Program-made: the position numbers and the translations under genes
Assembly: GCA_951406725.2 (NCBI GenBank)
Contig: OX597834.1
Coordinates: 12,896,001-12,960,000 of the forward strand
Origin: Octopus vulgaris
Taxonomy: Eukaryota
Reading direction: 5' to 3'
DNA: 64,000 bases
Shown here: positions 15,170 through 27,149 of the stretch, one piece after another
How positions within the stretch are numbered: the stretch's first letter is position 1
Layout: each line of letters starts with the position of its first letter
The notes under the pieces: model-generated
Seen by the model: only the letters and a program-made list of their open reading frames with translations
What the model was told of the DNA's origin: nothing
Databases searched by the model: none

Positions 15170-15977
15170 CGAGGAGGGAGATATGATGTACATGCCCTGT
15201 GAAGTTTCCTTTATTCATAGTGTGTTCAAAATAACTTTGTACTTTAGCATAATATGAGTGAGGAATCAAACATGGATATAACAGTTGTATTGACAATTTG
15301 GTTTTCCCATAAAGTAATCTTTTTTCATGTAGATTGAATAGAAGCAGTTCCCACGTATAATGCAAGCATGTCATTATTTGTAACGAAACACTTGGTAAAA
15401 TTTCATATAATTTGTTATATTTTTATGTACTATACGATACAACGATCTCTTTATTGGTAAATGCCAAACATGTGTACAGAAACCTCAACCGATTTTGCCA
15501 CCTCAAATAATTCTAATATATTTTATATGATTTTTATCACAATTAATTTCATTTTGCTTATGAACACACACTTGGAATGTATTTCCAAAATAAAAACTAA
15601 AAACTTTCTTTGAAAGCAATTTTAGCGTATAATCTGTGATAAATATTTCTATAATTTGTATGAAACATGAAAATAATTTTCAACAAATAGGAAAAATGCT
15701 ATAGAATTCTACAAGTATGAATGTTAAAACATTGCTTTTTGCATTTATTTTTATTATTATTATTTATTATTATTTTTATCGTCATGTTCGCAAATCTGCC
15801 AAGTAATTGCTACCTATTTTCATTGTTTTCCTTCGATCCATTTCATCTTCTTTTTCTGCTGAAGTTGTAATTTAGAGTTTCCATAGTTAACCCCAATATA
15901 CCCATACAACTATGAGTTCACAGTAATATCCATGTAGGTTTGTTTGGATGTATATGCATATATATAAATACGTATAC

Positions 15978-16065
<88 letters not shown>

Positions 16066-16112
16066 CCTTAAATCCTTAAATATGTCTCAGCTTGAAGGCC
16101 GCGGCTATGCTA

Positions 16113-16392
16113 AAAAATGTTTTTATATACAAAATTTCGAGCAATGACCACAAAAACTGGACAGCCTGTATGCTAGATATAGACGTCAAAATCGCCAATT
16201 TCCACAAAGAATGTGTTCTCAAGAAAATATTCAGCAAAAAAATCAAATCATTTTACACCTTGTTTTTTTGCTCTATTTATTCTTGAGAGCACATTCTTCG
16301 TGGAAAATGGCGATTTTGACGTCTATATCTAGCATACAGTCTGTCCACTTTTAGTGGTTAGTCCTCTGAATTTTGTATGTAAAAAAAATTTT
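16113..16392. mobile_element. Foldback/MITE-like inverted repeat
   Basis: Arms at about 16113-16225 and 16281-16392 are reverse complements (e.g. CTGTATGCTAGATATAGACGTCAAAATCGCCA / TGGCGATTTTGACGTCTATATCTAGCATACAG). Confidence 0.7.
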
Positions 16393-16465
16393 AATCTTCG
16401 GATTTTTTAAAAATATACTAGGCCACTGGTTTTAATCGATTAATATCAATTTCTACCCTTATTTA

Positions 16466-16497
<32 letters not shown>

Positions 16498-17339
16498 ATC
16501 ATATATGTTAACACACATCCGTGTTAGTGCTTGTGTGTATACCTTTCTATTTTTTCGATTTATGATTTCTTAAGTAGACATTTGATATATAAGTGAAGTT
16601 ATTTTGTTTCATTCGAATTTACCTCGGTATTTCTGATCACGAACTAGTTTACCATCACTAGATCTTACCTCATCCGTCTTAAGATTCGAATCACACATTC
16701 AAATCTATTATCATGCGGATCTATACTTGCAAATACTTCTAATTGAACGCTCCACTTTTGATCTTTTTACCAGACACAGACAAGCAGACACATAAAATCA
16801 AAAATATACACTTACAATGTTTTCTGTATATTTTTTCTAGTTTTTTACGAGAATTTAATAGAATAGATCAAATTAGTAAATTCAACGCACAAAGAAATGC
16901 TAATTAAAACATATAAAACGTATCTTTCTTCATCGTTGTCTCTAAAACTTGCCAGGGCACTTATTTTATGCATTAGCTCAGAGTTTTCTCTCATTAAATA
17001 GTTTTAACGAAGAGGACAGGCGATCAAGCCATTTTTTAGTAGTTTACCAGGTGGTACTTTTACCTTATGTATATTTGTGATATACGCTTGGTAATAATTT
17101 ACCATGTCTAGGAATGCTTATAGCATTGTCACGTTCCTCGGGCGTGGCATATTTGTATTGCAGTCGCCGTTGATGGGTCTGGTCTGCGTCTACTTTTGTC
17201 GATTATTTGACCTATGTATTATATTTTTCCATCAAAACTTTTAATGTTCTTCTGTCAGTTTTAGACCGTATTCATTTATGCTCTAGAATATGTTCTTTAT
17301 GTGTTCGACACGATGCACCCGAGACTCGCTCCTTATCCT

Positions 17340-17945
17340 TTTCTACTTTAGGTACAAGGTGCGAAGTTTTTGGAGATGGGGCCAGTCGATTAGATCGATC
17401 CCAGTACATAACTGTTACTTAATTTATCGACCACGAAAGGATGAAAGGGGGAAATCAAACCCAACCTCGGCGGAATTTGAACTCAGAACATAAAGACAGA
17501 CGAAATACCCATTTCTTTACTACCCTGAAGGGGCTAAACACAGAGAACACGAACAAGGACAGACAAACGGATTTAGTCGATTGTATCTACCCCAGGGCGT
17601 AACTGGTACTTATTTAATCTACCCCGAAAGGATAAAAGGCAAAGTCGACATCGGTGGAATTTGAACTCAGAACGTAGCAGCAGACGAAATACTGCTAAGC
17701 ATTTCGGCCGCCGTGCCAATAATTCTGCCAGTTCACCGCCCTCTAAAATATATCGGTTAATATACTTATCTACCCTAGACACAAGGCTTGACATTTTGGT
17801 GGAGAGGTCTAGTCGATTAGATCGACCCCAGTATGCAACTGGTACTTTATCAACCCCGAAAGAATGAATGGCAAAGTCGACCTCGGCGGAATTTGAACTC
17901 AGAACGTAGCGGCAGACGAAATACCGCTAAGCATTTCGCCCGGCA
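17340..17945 (-). mobile_element. Two adjacent SINE family D elements (2 units + 1 unit)
   Basis: Heads at about 17741 and about 17945; three body units. Confidence 0.8.
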
Positions 17946-18796
17946 ACTAGTAAAATCCCCTCAAAATTTCTGCCAATTCGACCCTGACCTATGCCAGGAA
18001 TATCCACTAATCTCATATTGCAACTTACTATGCAAACTTGTGTGTTATATCAACTGAAGAGATTTTCTAAGAAATTGTGTACCGCAGCATAAGTAATAGA
18101 ATTTATGCATTGAAGTTAAACCGTGTTTGTCGTAGAGAGAGAGAGTGATATGTGCAGCGATTATATCTGAATGGCATTATTTCAAGAAAGCATTCATTTC
18201 GTAATACTTGTCACTAAAATTACATAACTTGTATAATCTCATTATATATATTTGTATTTCAATGTAGCAACATTTCTTCAATGTGTTTCCTTGAAATATT
18301 CTTCACGCATATAGTTTCATTACGGGAGATAGTTTGATTTGTATGTTGTCACTCTCTTGCGATAACGCAAAACTTACAACGTAGTTCTTTATATTTCATA
18401 ATCTGTAACTATTTTGTAATGAGCCAGCGTTTAAACTTTGAAGAATTTCATGTAACGATTAGAAGTGCAGCGGTTTAGCTCTACTGAATAGACTAAGAGT
18501 TATGATTTCATCGTGGATTTTAAGGTGATTTATGAGTAGTTGAATTAAAGTTATAATACTGTAAGGTCGGTAAAGATTATTCTTTGAATCCAAACTACAA
18601 TGAAAAGCAGAATAGCACACATTATCTTTGGTAGACATTTACATTAATGCGAATTGAAGTGCGTTTTCAAAATCTTCCTTATGCGATTGGGAGATTTGAG
18701 AAGATGCTTAAGCAATAGTTAAGTTAGATAAGATACGAAGTAGAGAGTGAGGTGGCGGAATGAAAATTAAGTATTACTTAACCATCTTCACACACC

Positions 18797-18844
18797 GTCT
18801 CCGATGAAGGGATATGATAAATATTCTAGAAACAGCTGTAAGAC
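18797..18844 (+). ncRNA. Minimal type-I hammerhead ribozyme motif (CCGAUGA core variant)
   Basis: Stem I GTCT/AGAC, core CCGATGA, stem II GGGATAT/ATATTCT, GAAA, palindromic stem III AC-AGCT-GT. GUA triplet with predicted cleavage after 18840. Confidence 0.6.
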
Positions 18845-19050
18845 CTTCCATTTATAAATGTTCTAAAATCTACACAGCCTTGGTTTTCTAATTCCTTACG
18901 GAAAAAAATATATAGACACGCTGATATATGACCTACATTGGAACCCTTATTTGCATAGTCACCGAACCTGGAACGCAAGTGCTACCCATAGGATTCATTC
19001 AGGATTACCTGACACATTTAGGTCTCACTAACACCATTACCTCTCATAAC

Positions 19051-19114
<64 letters not shown>

Positions 19115-19159
19115 CGATATATATATATATATTGATACATATATATATATATATACAGT

Positions 19160-19192
<33 letters not shown>

Positions 19193-19496
19193 AATATTAG
19201 GGAATAAATCCAAACTTACAGGGAAAAATCAGATTTAGGATTGAATCCAATTTTATAGTAAAATATTATATTATATTAAATTAGGCAAATCATACAATGA
19301 AAAACTTAAGCCAATACATAAGATTATTTAATTTATATTATTCAAATATATAACAAAATTATTAAAAAAATATAATTAATTATATTTTTTTAATAATTTT
19401 GTTATATATTTAAATAATATAAGTTAAATAATCTTATGTATTGGCTTAAGTTTTTCATTGTATGATTTGCCTAATAGTGGTTTGATCTCTAATTTA

Positions 19497-19505
<9 letters not shown>
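19193..19505. mobile_element. Palindromic Penelope-like terminal repeat
   Basis: Near-perfect palindrome at about 19280-19475, centred near 19378. Homologous to 9788-10030. Flanked by (TA)n on both sides. Confidence 0.65.
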
Positions 19506-19546
<41 letters not shown>

Positions 19547-19547
19547 C

Positions 19548-19581
<34 letters not shown>

Positions 19582-20839
19582 CCTTGTGTGTGAGTACCGC
19601 TAGAGAAATGCTATTCTACTGCAGGTTGCAAAGTAAAACTAATATTTTGCAGTAATCGAACAGATACCTAAGCAGAGAATATTTCACAATATAATATGAA
19701 ACTTGAGAACAAACTTGAGCTCAGAACATTTAGTAACGAATAAAGCAAGCAATTTATAATAACGTGGGTGTATGTATGGAAAGAATATATGGAAAGCGGA
19801 ATAAATATACACAATATTTCTTTCCTACGGCAGAAATGTTCATATGGAAATATATTATCGATCTTTTTATATAACTATCGAAATAAAAAAGCATTTATCT
19901 TTCTTTATATAATTTTTGCTACATCTCATTTATAAATTCCCCAGTGTTATTTTGCTTTAGTTTTTGTCTTTCTTTTCTTTCCTCTCTGTGGTATATTTCA
20001 AAATATTATGCTAACATTCATTATATTTGTATATTAAATTTATTGTCTTAAATATATTTTGTTTTAGTTGTACATAATAAATTACCTTAACATTTGAAAG
20101 CATTGATATCTTCAACGTTACTAGATACCAACACACATATACAAACGGATAGCACCTGAATAAGACCATCAAAAAGAAACCATCAATGCCGGAGACACTG
20201 CATGGAGTACCGGAAACGTCGCTGTAATAAATACACAGATATGTTGGACAGCGTGCACCAAAATGTGTATCGCACCTTTAGACTCGAGTTCTAATAAACA
20301 CATGCACAGTTGTTCCTTTACATCTTCGTGCAGACGGACCTTGGGGACTTGTGTATAATATTATTATGGAGCGTTTGAGAAATATTCGGAACGTTTATAC
20401 GTTTATGCCATATTTCGCCAGAGGCTTCTTTCCTGTCATTTATTTCAAAATACTGATACAGTCATCAAAGAACACAGTTTTTTTTTTCTTTTTTTTTTTT
20501 ACTGGTACACATAAGGCATGTGGCCGACATCAAACATGTTAATCCTTACAACTAAATATTTATCGAAATCTTCCAGGAAAAATCTTCTGTGCATTAATTC
20601 CTTCTGGGCTCAGACGATTAACAGCCGCCATCAAATAAACAACATGAACCGCATCATGCAAAGTTGGGGTCGATATGATCAATACCGAATAAATGAGATC
20701 GATAGTAAAATAAACTTGTGATGAGGAGAGCCTGGAGTTCTGGTTGAGAAAGATGACTTTACATTTAGGCGGTTTCGGGATCAATTCCTTTGCAAATCAT
20801 ATTGGACAGGTGTCTGACCCAGGATGCACTGCGTATGTT

Positions 20840-21186
20840 GATCCTATCAACAAGCAGACTGCTCCTGAAATTAAAGTGCAAGTGGCTGAGCACTCCACAG
20901 ACAGGTGTACCATTAACTTAGTTCTCGGAGAGACTCAGCCTGACACAGAATGTGACAAGGCTGGTCCATCGATATACAGGGACAACAGAATCAGGAACAA
21001 ATAGTGAGCGTGAGTTAAGGTGAAAAAAATACAGTAGGTTTCGCCCCCGTCCTCACCTGCCAGTGTCACGTGGAGGTTCAGGTGTTTTCGCTCAATAAAC
21101 ACTCACAACGCCCGGTCTGGGAATCGAAACCGCGATCCTACGACCGCGAGTCCGCTGCCCTAGCCACCAGGCCATTGCACCTCCAT
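20840..21186 (-). mobile_element. Diverged SINE family B copy
   Basis: Reverse complement of the family B head and body. Confidence 0.8.
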
Positions 21187-21397
21187 GCACACATACACAC
21201 AAACACACACATATATATGAGAATTAATTAAGATTCAGTTGAAGTAGGTACTTATGTTCAGGTAGCAAGTCATTCCGGTATTATGCTCACGTAAGATGAA
21301 TAAATATAAAACAAGACTTGTTATTTATTTGATATATGTGTATGTGTGTGTGTGTGTGTATTCGTGTGTATGCATGTGTGTGTTAGCACGCGTGTGT

Positions 21398-21451
<54 letters not shown>

Positions 21452-21504
21452 CAGAGAGAAAGAGAGAGATAGAGAAAGAGAGAGAGATAAATATATTGAT
21501 ATGC

Positions 21505-22270
21505 ATCAGTGAAAGAAAATATGTTGAAATATTAAAGAATAAATTGATTCAATAAAATCGCAATCGGCTTCAACCACGGCCTCCAGACGACTTAGGGACC
21601 TTCTGAAACGCTTCCAGAAGTTCTCCTTGTTTGAGCTGATGAATGTTGCCATATTCCTTGCCTTAAGTTCATCGTTGATCTTACAAGGAATTTTGTTGTT
21701 CTCTAGCTCAACTGCGCCCCACATATAATAATTAAAGGCGTTGTAGTGAGTTAGGTGGCCAGATTGTAGGGGTGATGTAGTTTCAGAAACTGCCTTAGAT
21801 ACATGACTGAGTTTTCCTTCTTGTGTGGCATGGTACAACATCCTGTGGCCAAACATAGTGTCTTCCAGCAGGCACCCTCTTGCCCCACAACAGCACTAAC
21901 TCCTCTAGGCATTTGATGTAGAACTCCATGTTGAGTCTGAGGCCGTGAGGGAAGATGACTGGACGTATAACATCTCCATCACCAGTGAATACCCGAATCA
22001 CCATAATGTTATGAGGATGTTTGATTTTTATCACTTTCGGCACATATCCTCAGATTGTACTATCTTCAGATTGACACTCAAACATTCTGAAGTGTTCTAG
22101 CGTGAAAATCAAGCAGCACAGCATGTCGAATCCAAATTTCAGGAAGGGTGAATTGCACCATGGTCCTGTTTTTTCTCACAGACGGTGCCCAAATGACCCT
22201 ACTATACCGAGTAGTCGACAAAACCCAAAACAAAAAATGCACGTACATGAAATTAAAAATATAACATGTC
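21505..22270 (-). pseudogene. Tc1/mariner-superfamily transposase fossil (DD37D/maT-like)
   Basis: Frameshifted peptides KHPHNIMV..GDGDVIRPVIFPHGLRLN..YIKCLEE..YVWPQDVVPCHT and NAFNYYMWGAVE..DELKA..RLEAVVEADCDFIE match the catalytic C-terminal half of ITm transposases. Confidence 0.85.
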
Positions 22271-22289
22271 AAGAATTTACTCATTCGGC

Positions 22290-22346
<57 letters not shown>

Positions 22347-22348
<2 letters not shown>

Positions 22349-22708
22349 AGTGGCTGTGTGGTAAGTAGCTTGCTAACCAACCACACGGTTGCGGGTTCAG
22401 TCCCACTACGTGGCATCTTGGGCAAGTGTCTTCTGCTATAGCCCCGGGCCGACCAATGCCTTGTGAGTGGATTTGGTAGACGGAAACTGAAAGAAGCCTG
22501 TCGTATATATGTATATATATATGTATATGTTTCTGTGTGTGTGTTTGTGTGTTTGTGTTTGTCTCCCTAGCATTGCTTGACAACCGATGCTGGTGTGTTT
22601 AGGTCCCCGTCACTTAGCGGTTCGGCAAAAAGAGACCGATAGAATAAGTACTAAAAGGTGGTGCTCCAGCATGGCCGCAGTCAAATGACTGAAACAAGTA
22701 AAAGAGTA
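22347..22708 (+). mobile_element. SINE family A with an internal deletion in the 3' part
   Basis: Matches 7532-7949 but lacks the segment between AAGTACT and AAAGG. Confidence 0.9.
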
Positions 22709-22713
22709 TATAT

Positions 22714-23006
22714 ATATTCTGTTGTGTCTGTGGAGAGTCATTCTCTTTTAGTACCTTATTATTTAACACACTCACCGGTAAAATTTCCACTTATTTCGTC
22801 TTTTTATTTTACTAAAATTTTTGTTGCGTCTTGCAACTTTTCAATAGTCTTGACTCTTTCACTAGTCAAGACTTTTGAAAAGGTTGCAAGACGCAACGAA
22901 AATTTTAGTAAAATAAAAGGAAAAAATAAATGGAAATTTTACTGGTGAGTGTGTTAAATAATAAGGTACTAAAAGAGAATGACTCTCCCCAGACACAACA
23001 GAATAT
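22714..23006. repeat. Long inverted repeat, arms about 142 bp, 8-nt loop
   Basis: 22714-22855 is the reverse complement of 22864-23006 with few mismatches. Confidence 0.9.
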
Positions 23007-23985
23007 GCTTCAACACACGAACTCATATAAATAATCTTGCAAACCAAATCCAAAAATGAAATATGTATATATATATATATGCTTTCATACACACATAATA
23101 TATTCACATACGTTATAAATGTATCTATCTATCTATGGAAGATGGTGTTAACTATCGCTCCTATCAACCTCGTTGACCTTGATTCGGATTTCACTTACAT
23201 ATTTATTGTATTGCAGCTGGAACTGTTGTAATCAGCATTAAAGGTACTCAACATTTGTTTTGCTTTCAGATAAATCGCAAGAATCTCTCAACTATATCTG
23301 TGAAGAAGTGGGCTTGAATCTACCAATTACATCACGTAGTGAATTTGTTTGTATCCCATCAATTTTATTTCGATAATATAGTGGCGCCATATCACTGATT
23401 TGATAAAAGTAACTATACAACAATTGTCATATGAATTCGATTATCAACTGGCATGATAATTAGACTACAGATTTACAAAAACAAAAACAAAATAGCATCA
23501 TATTACACTCTGTGACTACTAACAATTTTTGATGTTGCGTTAATAACATGCCTTTAATCAGCATAATAGCCGGCTGGCTTAGAACGCAAACAGCTATGAC
23601 AGTCTTCTAAATATGAAAATTGACGGAAGATATGTAAGAGCTAAGATATATAATTGAGATAGAAAATGGCTTATATTTAGAGATGTTGGTTATTGGCGTA
23701 GTCTTTAATAAAGTCATATAATGCTTCATATTGATAAAGAATACATATCTGTTGATTTTACAGATTTGACAGTATTTGTGTCAAATGAATTTTAAATGAA
23801 ATTTATGAGTCTACATCTGAAAACATGATATTGAATATATAATCATTCTCGTGTTGCTTTCTGTCATAATAGTACATTATCTTGCATATTAGAGTTTGAA
23901 GAGAGAGTGAAATACGATTGAAAGAGGAAAACTGTTTAATTCTGTTGTCATGAATGTAACTGTTTACAGCGGTAACAAAGTACAG

Positions 23986-24376
23986 TGGATGGTGGCACTC
24001 CGTCGGTTACGACGACGAGGGTTCCGGTTGATCCGAATCAACGGAACAGCCTGCTCGTGAAATTAACGTGTAAGTGACTGAGCACTCCACAGACACGTGT
24101 ACCCTTAACGTAGTTCTCGGAGATATTCAGGGTGACACAGAGAGTGACAAGGCCGGCCCTTTTGAAATACAGGTACAACAGAAACAGGAAGTAAGAGTGA
24201 GAGAAAGTTGTGGTGAAAGAGTACAGCAGGGATCACCACCATCCCCTGCCGGAGCCTCGTGGAACTTTTAGGTGTTTTCGCTCAATAAACACTCACAAGG
24301 CCCGGTCTGGGAATCGAAACCGCGATCCTCCGACCGCGAGTCCGCTGCCCTAATAACTGGGTCATTGCGCCTCCAC
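23986..24376 (-). mobile_element. tRNA(Arg)-like SINE, family B, full length
   Basis: Head GGAGGCGCAATG.CCCAGT..TTAGGGCAGCGGACTCGCGGTC (TCG at the anticodon position) and TTTCGATTCCC. GTACAGT is repeated on both flanks. Confidence 0.9.
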
Positions 24377-24679
24377 CAAGAACGTACAGTAACTAGAATG
24401 ACAAGAAGAATAGCAGCAAAAATAATCATCTAAAACAGTGACAGAAACAGCAATTACAACACATGTTTAAAATGGAAAAGAAAAGGAGAAAACAGAGGAA
24501 ATGAAGTAAAAGAAATCAGCGACGTAATCAAGGAGAAAATGACAACAATTTACTCACTGCACGAAGGATGAACAACGAAGTTAACACCAGAATCAGAACT
24601 GGAAAATACAATGGAACGATAAGGCCAAAAACAATATATATACAATAAGAAAAGATACAACAACACAGACAGAGAGATA

Positions 24680-25435
24680 TATATATATATAGAGAGAGAG
24701 AGTGAGGGAGAGAGATAGGGGGAGAGGGGGGAGAGCAACTTAAACAATGAAAAAAACCAACCACAACAACAACAGAGAGAGAGAGAGAGTGAGGGAGAGA
24801 GAGAGAGAGGGGGAGGGGGAGAGCAACTTAAAGAATGAAAAAAACCCACAACAACAGAGAGAGATAGAGAGAGAGAGGGGAGAGGGGGGAGAGGGAGGAG
24901 AGCAACTTAAACAATGAAAAAAAAAACAACTACAACAACAGCAATAACACCAACAGAGAGAGAGAGAGAGACTTAAACAATGAAAATAAACAACAGCAGC
25001 AATAACAACAACAACAACACAGAGAGAGGGAGAGAGAGAAAGAGAGAGGGAGAGATAGAGAGGGAGAGAGAGACTGAGAGAGAGACTGAGAGAGAGAGAG
25101 GGAGACAGAGAGGGAGAGAACAACTTAAAGAATGACAAAAAAAGCAATCACAATAACAACAACAGAGAGAGAGAGAGATGGAAATAGAGAGAGAGAGGGA
25201 GAGAGGGAGGGAGACAGAGCAACTTAAAGAATGACAAAAAAAGCAACCACAACAACAGCAAAAACAACAACAACAACAACAGAGAGAGAGACAGGGAGAG
25301 AGAGAGGGAGAGATGGGGTGGGAGAGAGGGAGGGAGACAGAGCAACTTAAACAATGAAAGAAAAAGCAACTACGACTACAGCAATGATAACAACACCAAC
25401 AACGAATACAACAACAGCAGCAACAACAACAACAG
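24680..25435 (+). repeat. Minisatellite of about 7 units: constant GAGCAACTTAAA(C/G)AATGA(A/C)AAAAAA plus variable (CAA)n and (GA)n
   Basis: Constant motif at about 24733, 24821, 24900, 24971, 25121, 25217 and 25340. Confidence 0.85.
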
Positions 25436-25491
25436 GATGGATGAAACCAATAATTTGATTTTTGTTCGCTGGAAAAATCACATCAGTTGTT

Positions 25492-25593
25492 ATGGTTACA
25501 ATAGTCGTGTTGTTTCTGCCTGGGGCGTCACGCTTGGATATCGTTCGTTTGTGTCTTTCTCTCTCGGTTGTGCTGGTTTGTGTAGTGCCACAG
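25492..25593 (+). CDS. Candidate first coding exon encoding a signal-peptide-like N-terminus
   Basis: ATG at 25492 gives MVTIVVLFLPGASRLDIVRLCLSLSVVLVCVVPQ. Ends at CAG|GCAAGT, the GC-AG donor consensus, in phase 0. Unique sequence following a purine/CAA-rich leader. Confidence 0.4.
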
Positions 25594-25818
25594 GCAAGTA
25601 AATGAAAAATGGAGGAAAAACGGAAAAAAAAATAGAAAAAAAGAAACTTCGCTTAGTTTTTTTCGTAATAGGGCATGTAAGGAGAGGATGAATTCGAAAG
25701 AGGAAGGAAGGAAGTGAAAGTTTATGAGAAAGAAAGAGAGAGAATAACACCAATGACGCATGCCTGTATCTGCGTAATGTCTTGTATACGCATGTCTTTA
25801 AATACAGATACAGACTTA

Positions 25819-25947
25819 GGCGCACGAGTGGCTGTGTGGTAAGTTGCTTGCTAACCAACCACATGGTTCCGGGTTCAGTCCCACTGCGTGGCATCTCGGG
25901 CAAGTGTCTTCTGCTATAGCCCCGGGCCGACCAATGCCTTGTGAGTG
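25819..25947 (+). mobile_element. SINE family A, 5' fragment
   Basis: Head and central part only. Confidence 0.85.
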
Positions 25948-26505
25948 AACTTGAAATGACTGTAAAGAGAGAGCGTTACAGTGTTGTATGGAAGCATTGT
26001 ACGAACGTTATCTTCTTATAACGTGTGTTCAATTATAGTAGCCTGATGTCCACCATCTGTTGACCAAATAAAGGACAAAATGTGTACGCAGGTACATCTG
26101 ACCTAGGACTGGAATTATACCACGTTGGGTGACTACTCTTTCCATCTCAGACACGTTACATTTCGTTTCGGCTTTCTTTTATATCGCCAAAGAAACTAAA
26201 ATTGTTTTGTTAACTCTCACAGGGAAGAAAGTTCGTAACAGTTCCAGCACTGTTTCGAATTGTGGAAAACGCGCCTGGAAAGATGTTTTCCTTCAAATGA
26301 AGAAAAAGTCTAAAGGCGATAAAAAACGATGTAAACATGAAAAATATGTGAATAAAATAATATTGCAAATACCTGGTTTCTTTTGAGTACCCCATCGAAT
26401 TTATACATTTGCATATATATATATGTTCTCGTTCTGTTAACGTTGTGGAGTTCAGACGAGTGTACTGGTATAGATGTGGCAACATTTGAAATATTGTCGA
26501 GTTTT

Positions 26506-26578
26506 ATGTAGCTGATGAAGATAAATCAAATATACGTTTGGCAAGCGTATTTTGAAAAATCCGAAACCGGTACTGCAT
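26506..26578 (+). ncRNA. Type-I hammerhead ribozyme motif with long stem II
   Basis: Stem I ATGTAG/CTGCAT, core CTGATGA (26512-26518), extended stem II hairpin, GAAA (26563-26566), palindromic ACCGGT. GUA triplet with predicted cleavage after 26572. Confidence 0.7.
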
Positions 26579-26784
26579 TATCCGTTATCTAGGTTTTTCA
26601 TTTTTCAGATGTTCTTCCTAGAGGTAAGACAATTTTTTTCATGTTTGTTGCACACACGCATCTTTACTAGTACATACGCATCTTTACTAGTACATCTTTA
26701 CTAGTACATACATTAGCGTCGTATTTATTACGTTCGCTATTTTCCAGTAGATATCGGTCCTTCGTTGTGCCATTTATTTACTTT

Positions 26785-26819
<35 letters not shown>

Positions 26820-27149
26820 GTTTGTGTGAGTTTGTATGTGTGTGTGTTTCTGTGTGTGCATATATGTCATTCCGTTTTATTCAAAGATCTCCTGCAAATT
26901 GAGTAAGAGTCGGTTTCTAACAGAGATCAAATGCAGCTTAATTCCAATTTCAACAACGTCAGAAAGGTATTTTTCTAAGTACGTATATGCGTATATTTGT
27001 ATGATTCGATTTTATGCACGTATTCCCAAGCATATACTTGAATATCTAGACGTGGAAATATATGCGAAAATGATAAAAAATCTGGAGTTATACAGATTCT
27101 AACACTTTCAGTAGTGGCTTTGTTCTTTAGCCTGTGAACCAGCTTTTGC

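Noticed and set aside
24680-25435. CRISPR-like repeat/spacer appearance
   Set aside because: Spacers are low-complexity microsatellites of irregular length, the repeats are degenerate, there are no cas genes, and the context is eukaryotic.
26129-26386. Possible GIY-YIG C-terminal remnant upstream of the 26.5-kb hammerhead
   Set aside because: The position fits a Penelope element, but only scattered residues match; it cannot be supported without a profile search.
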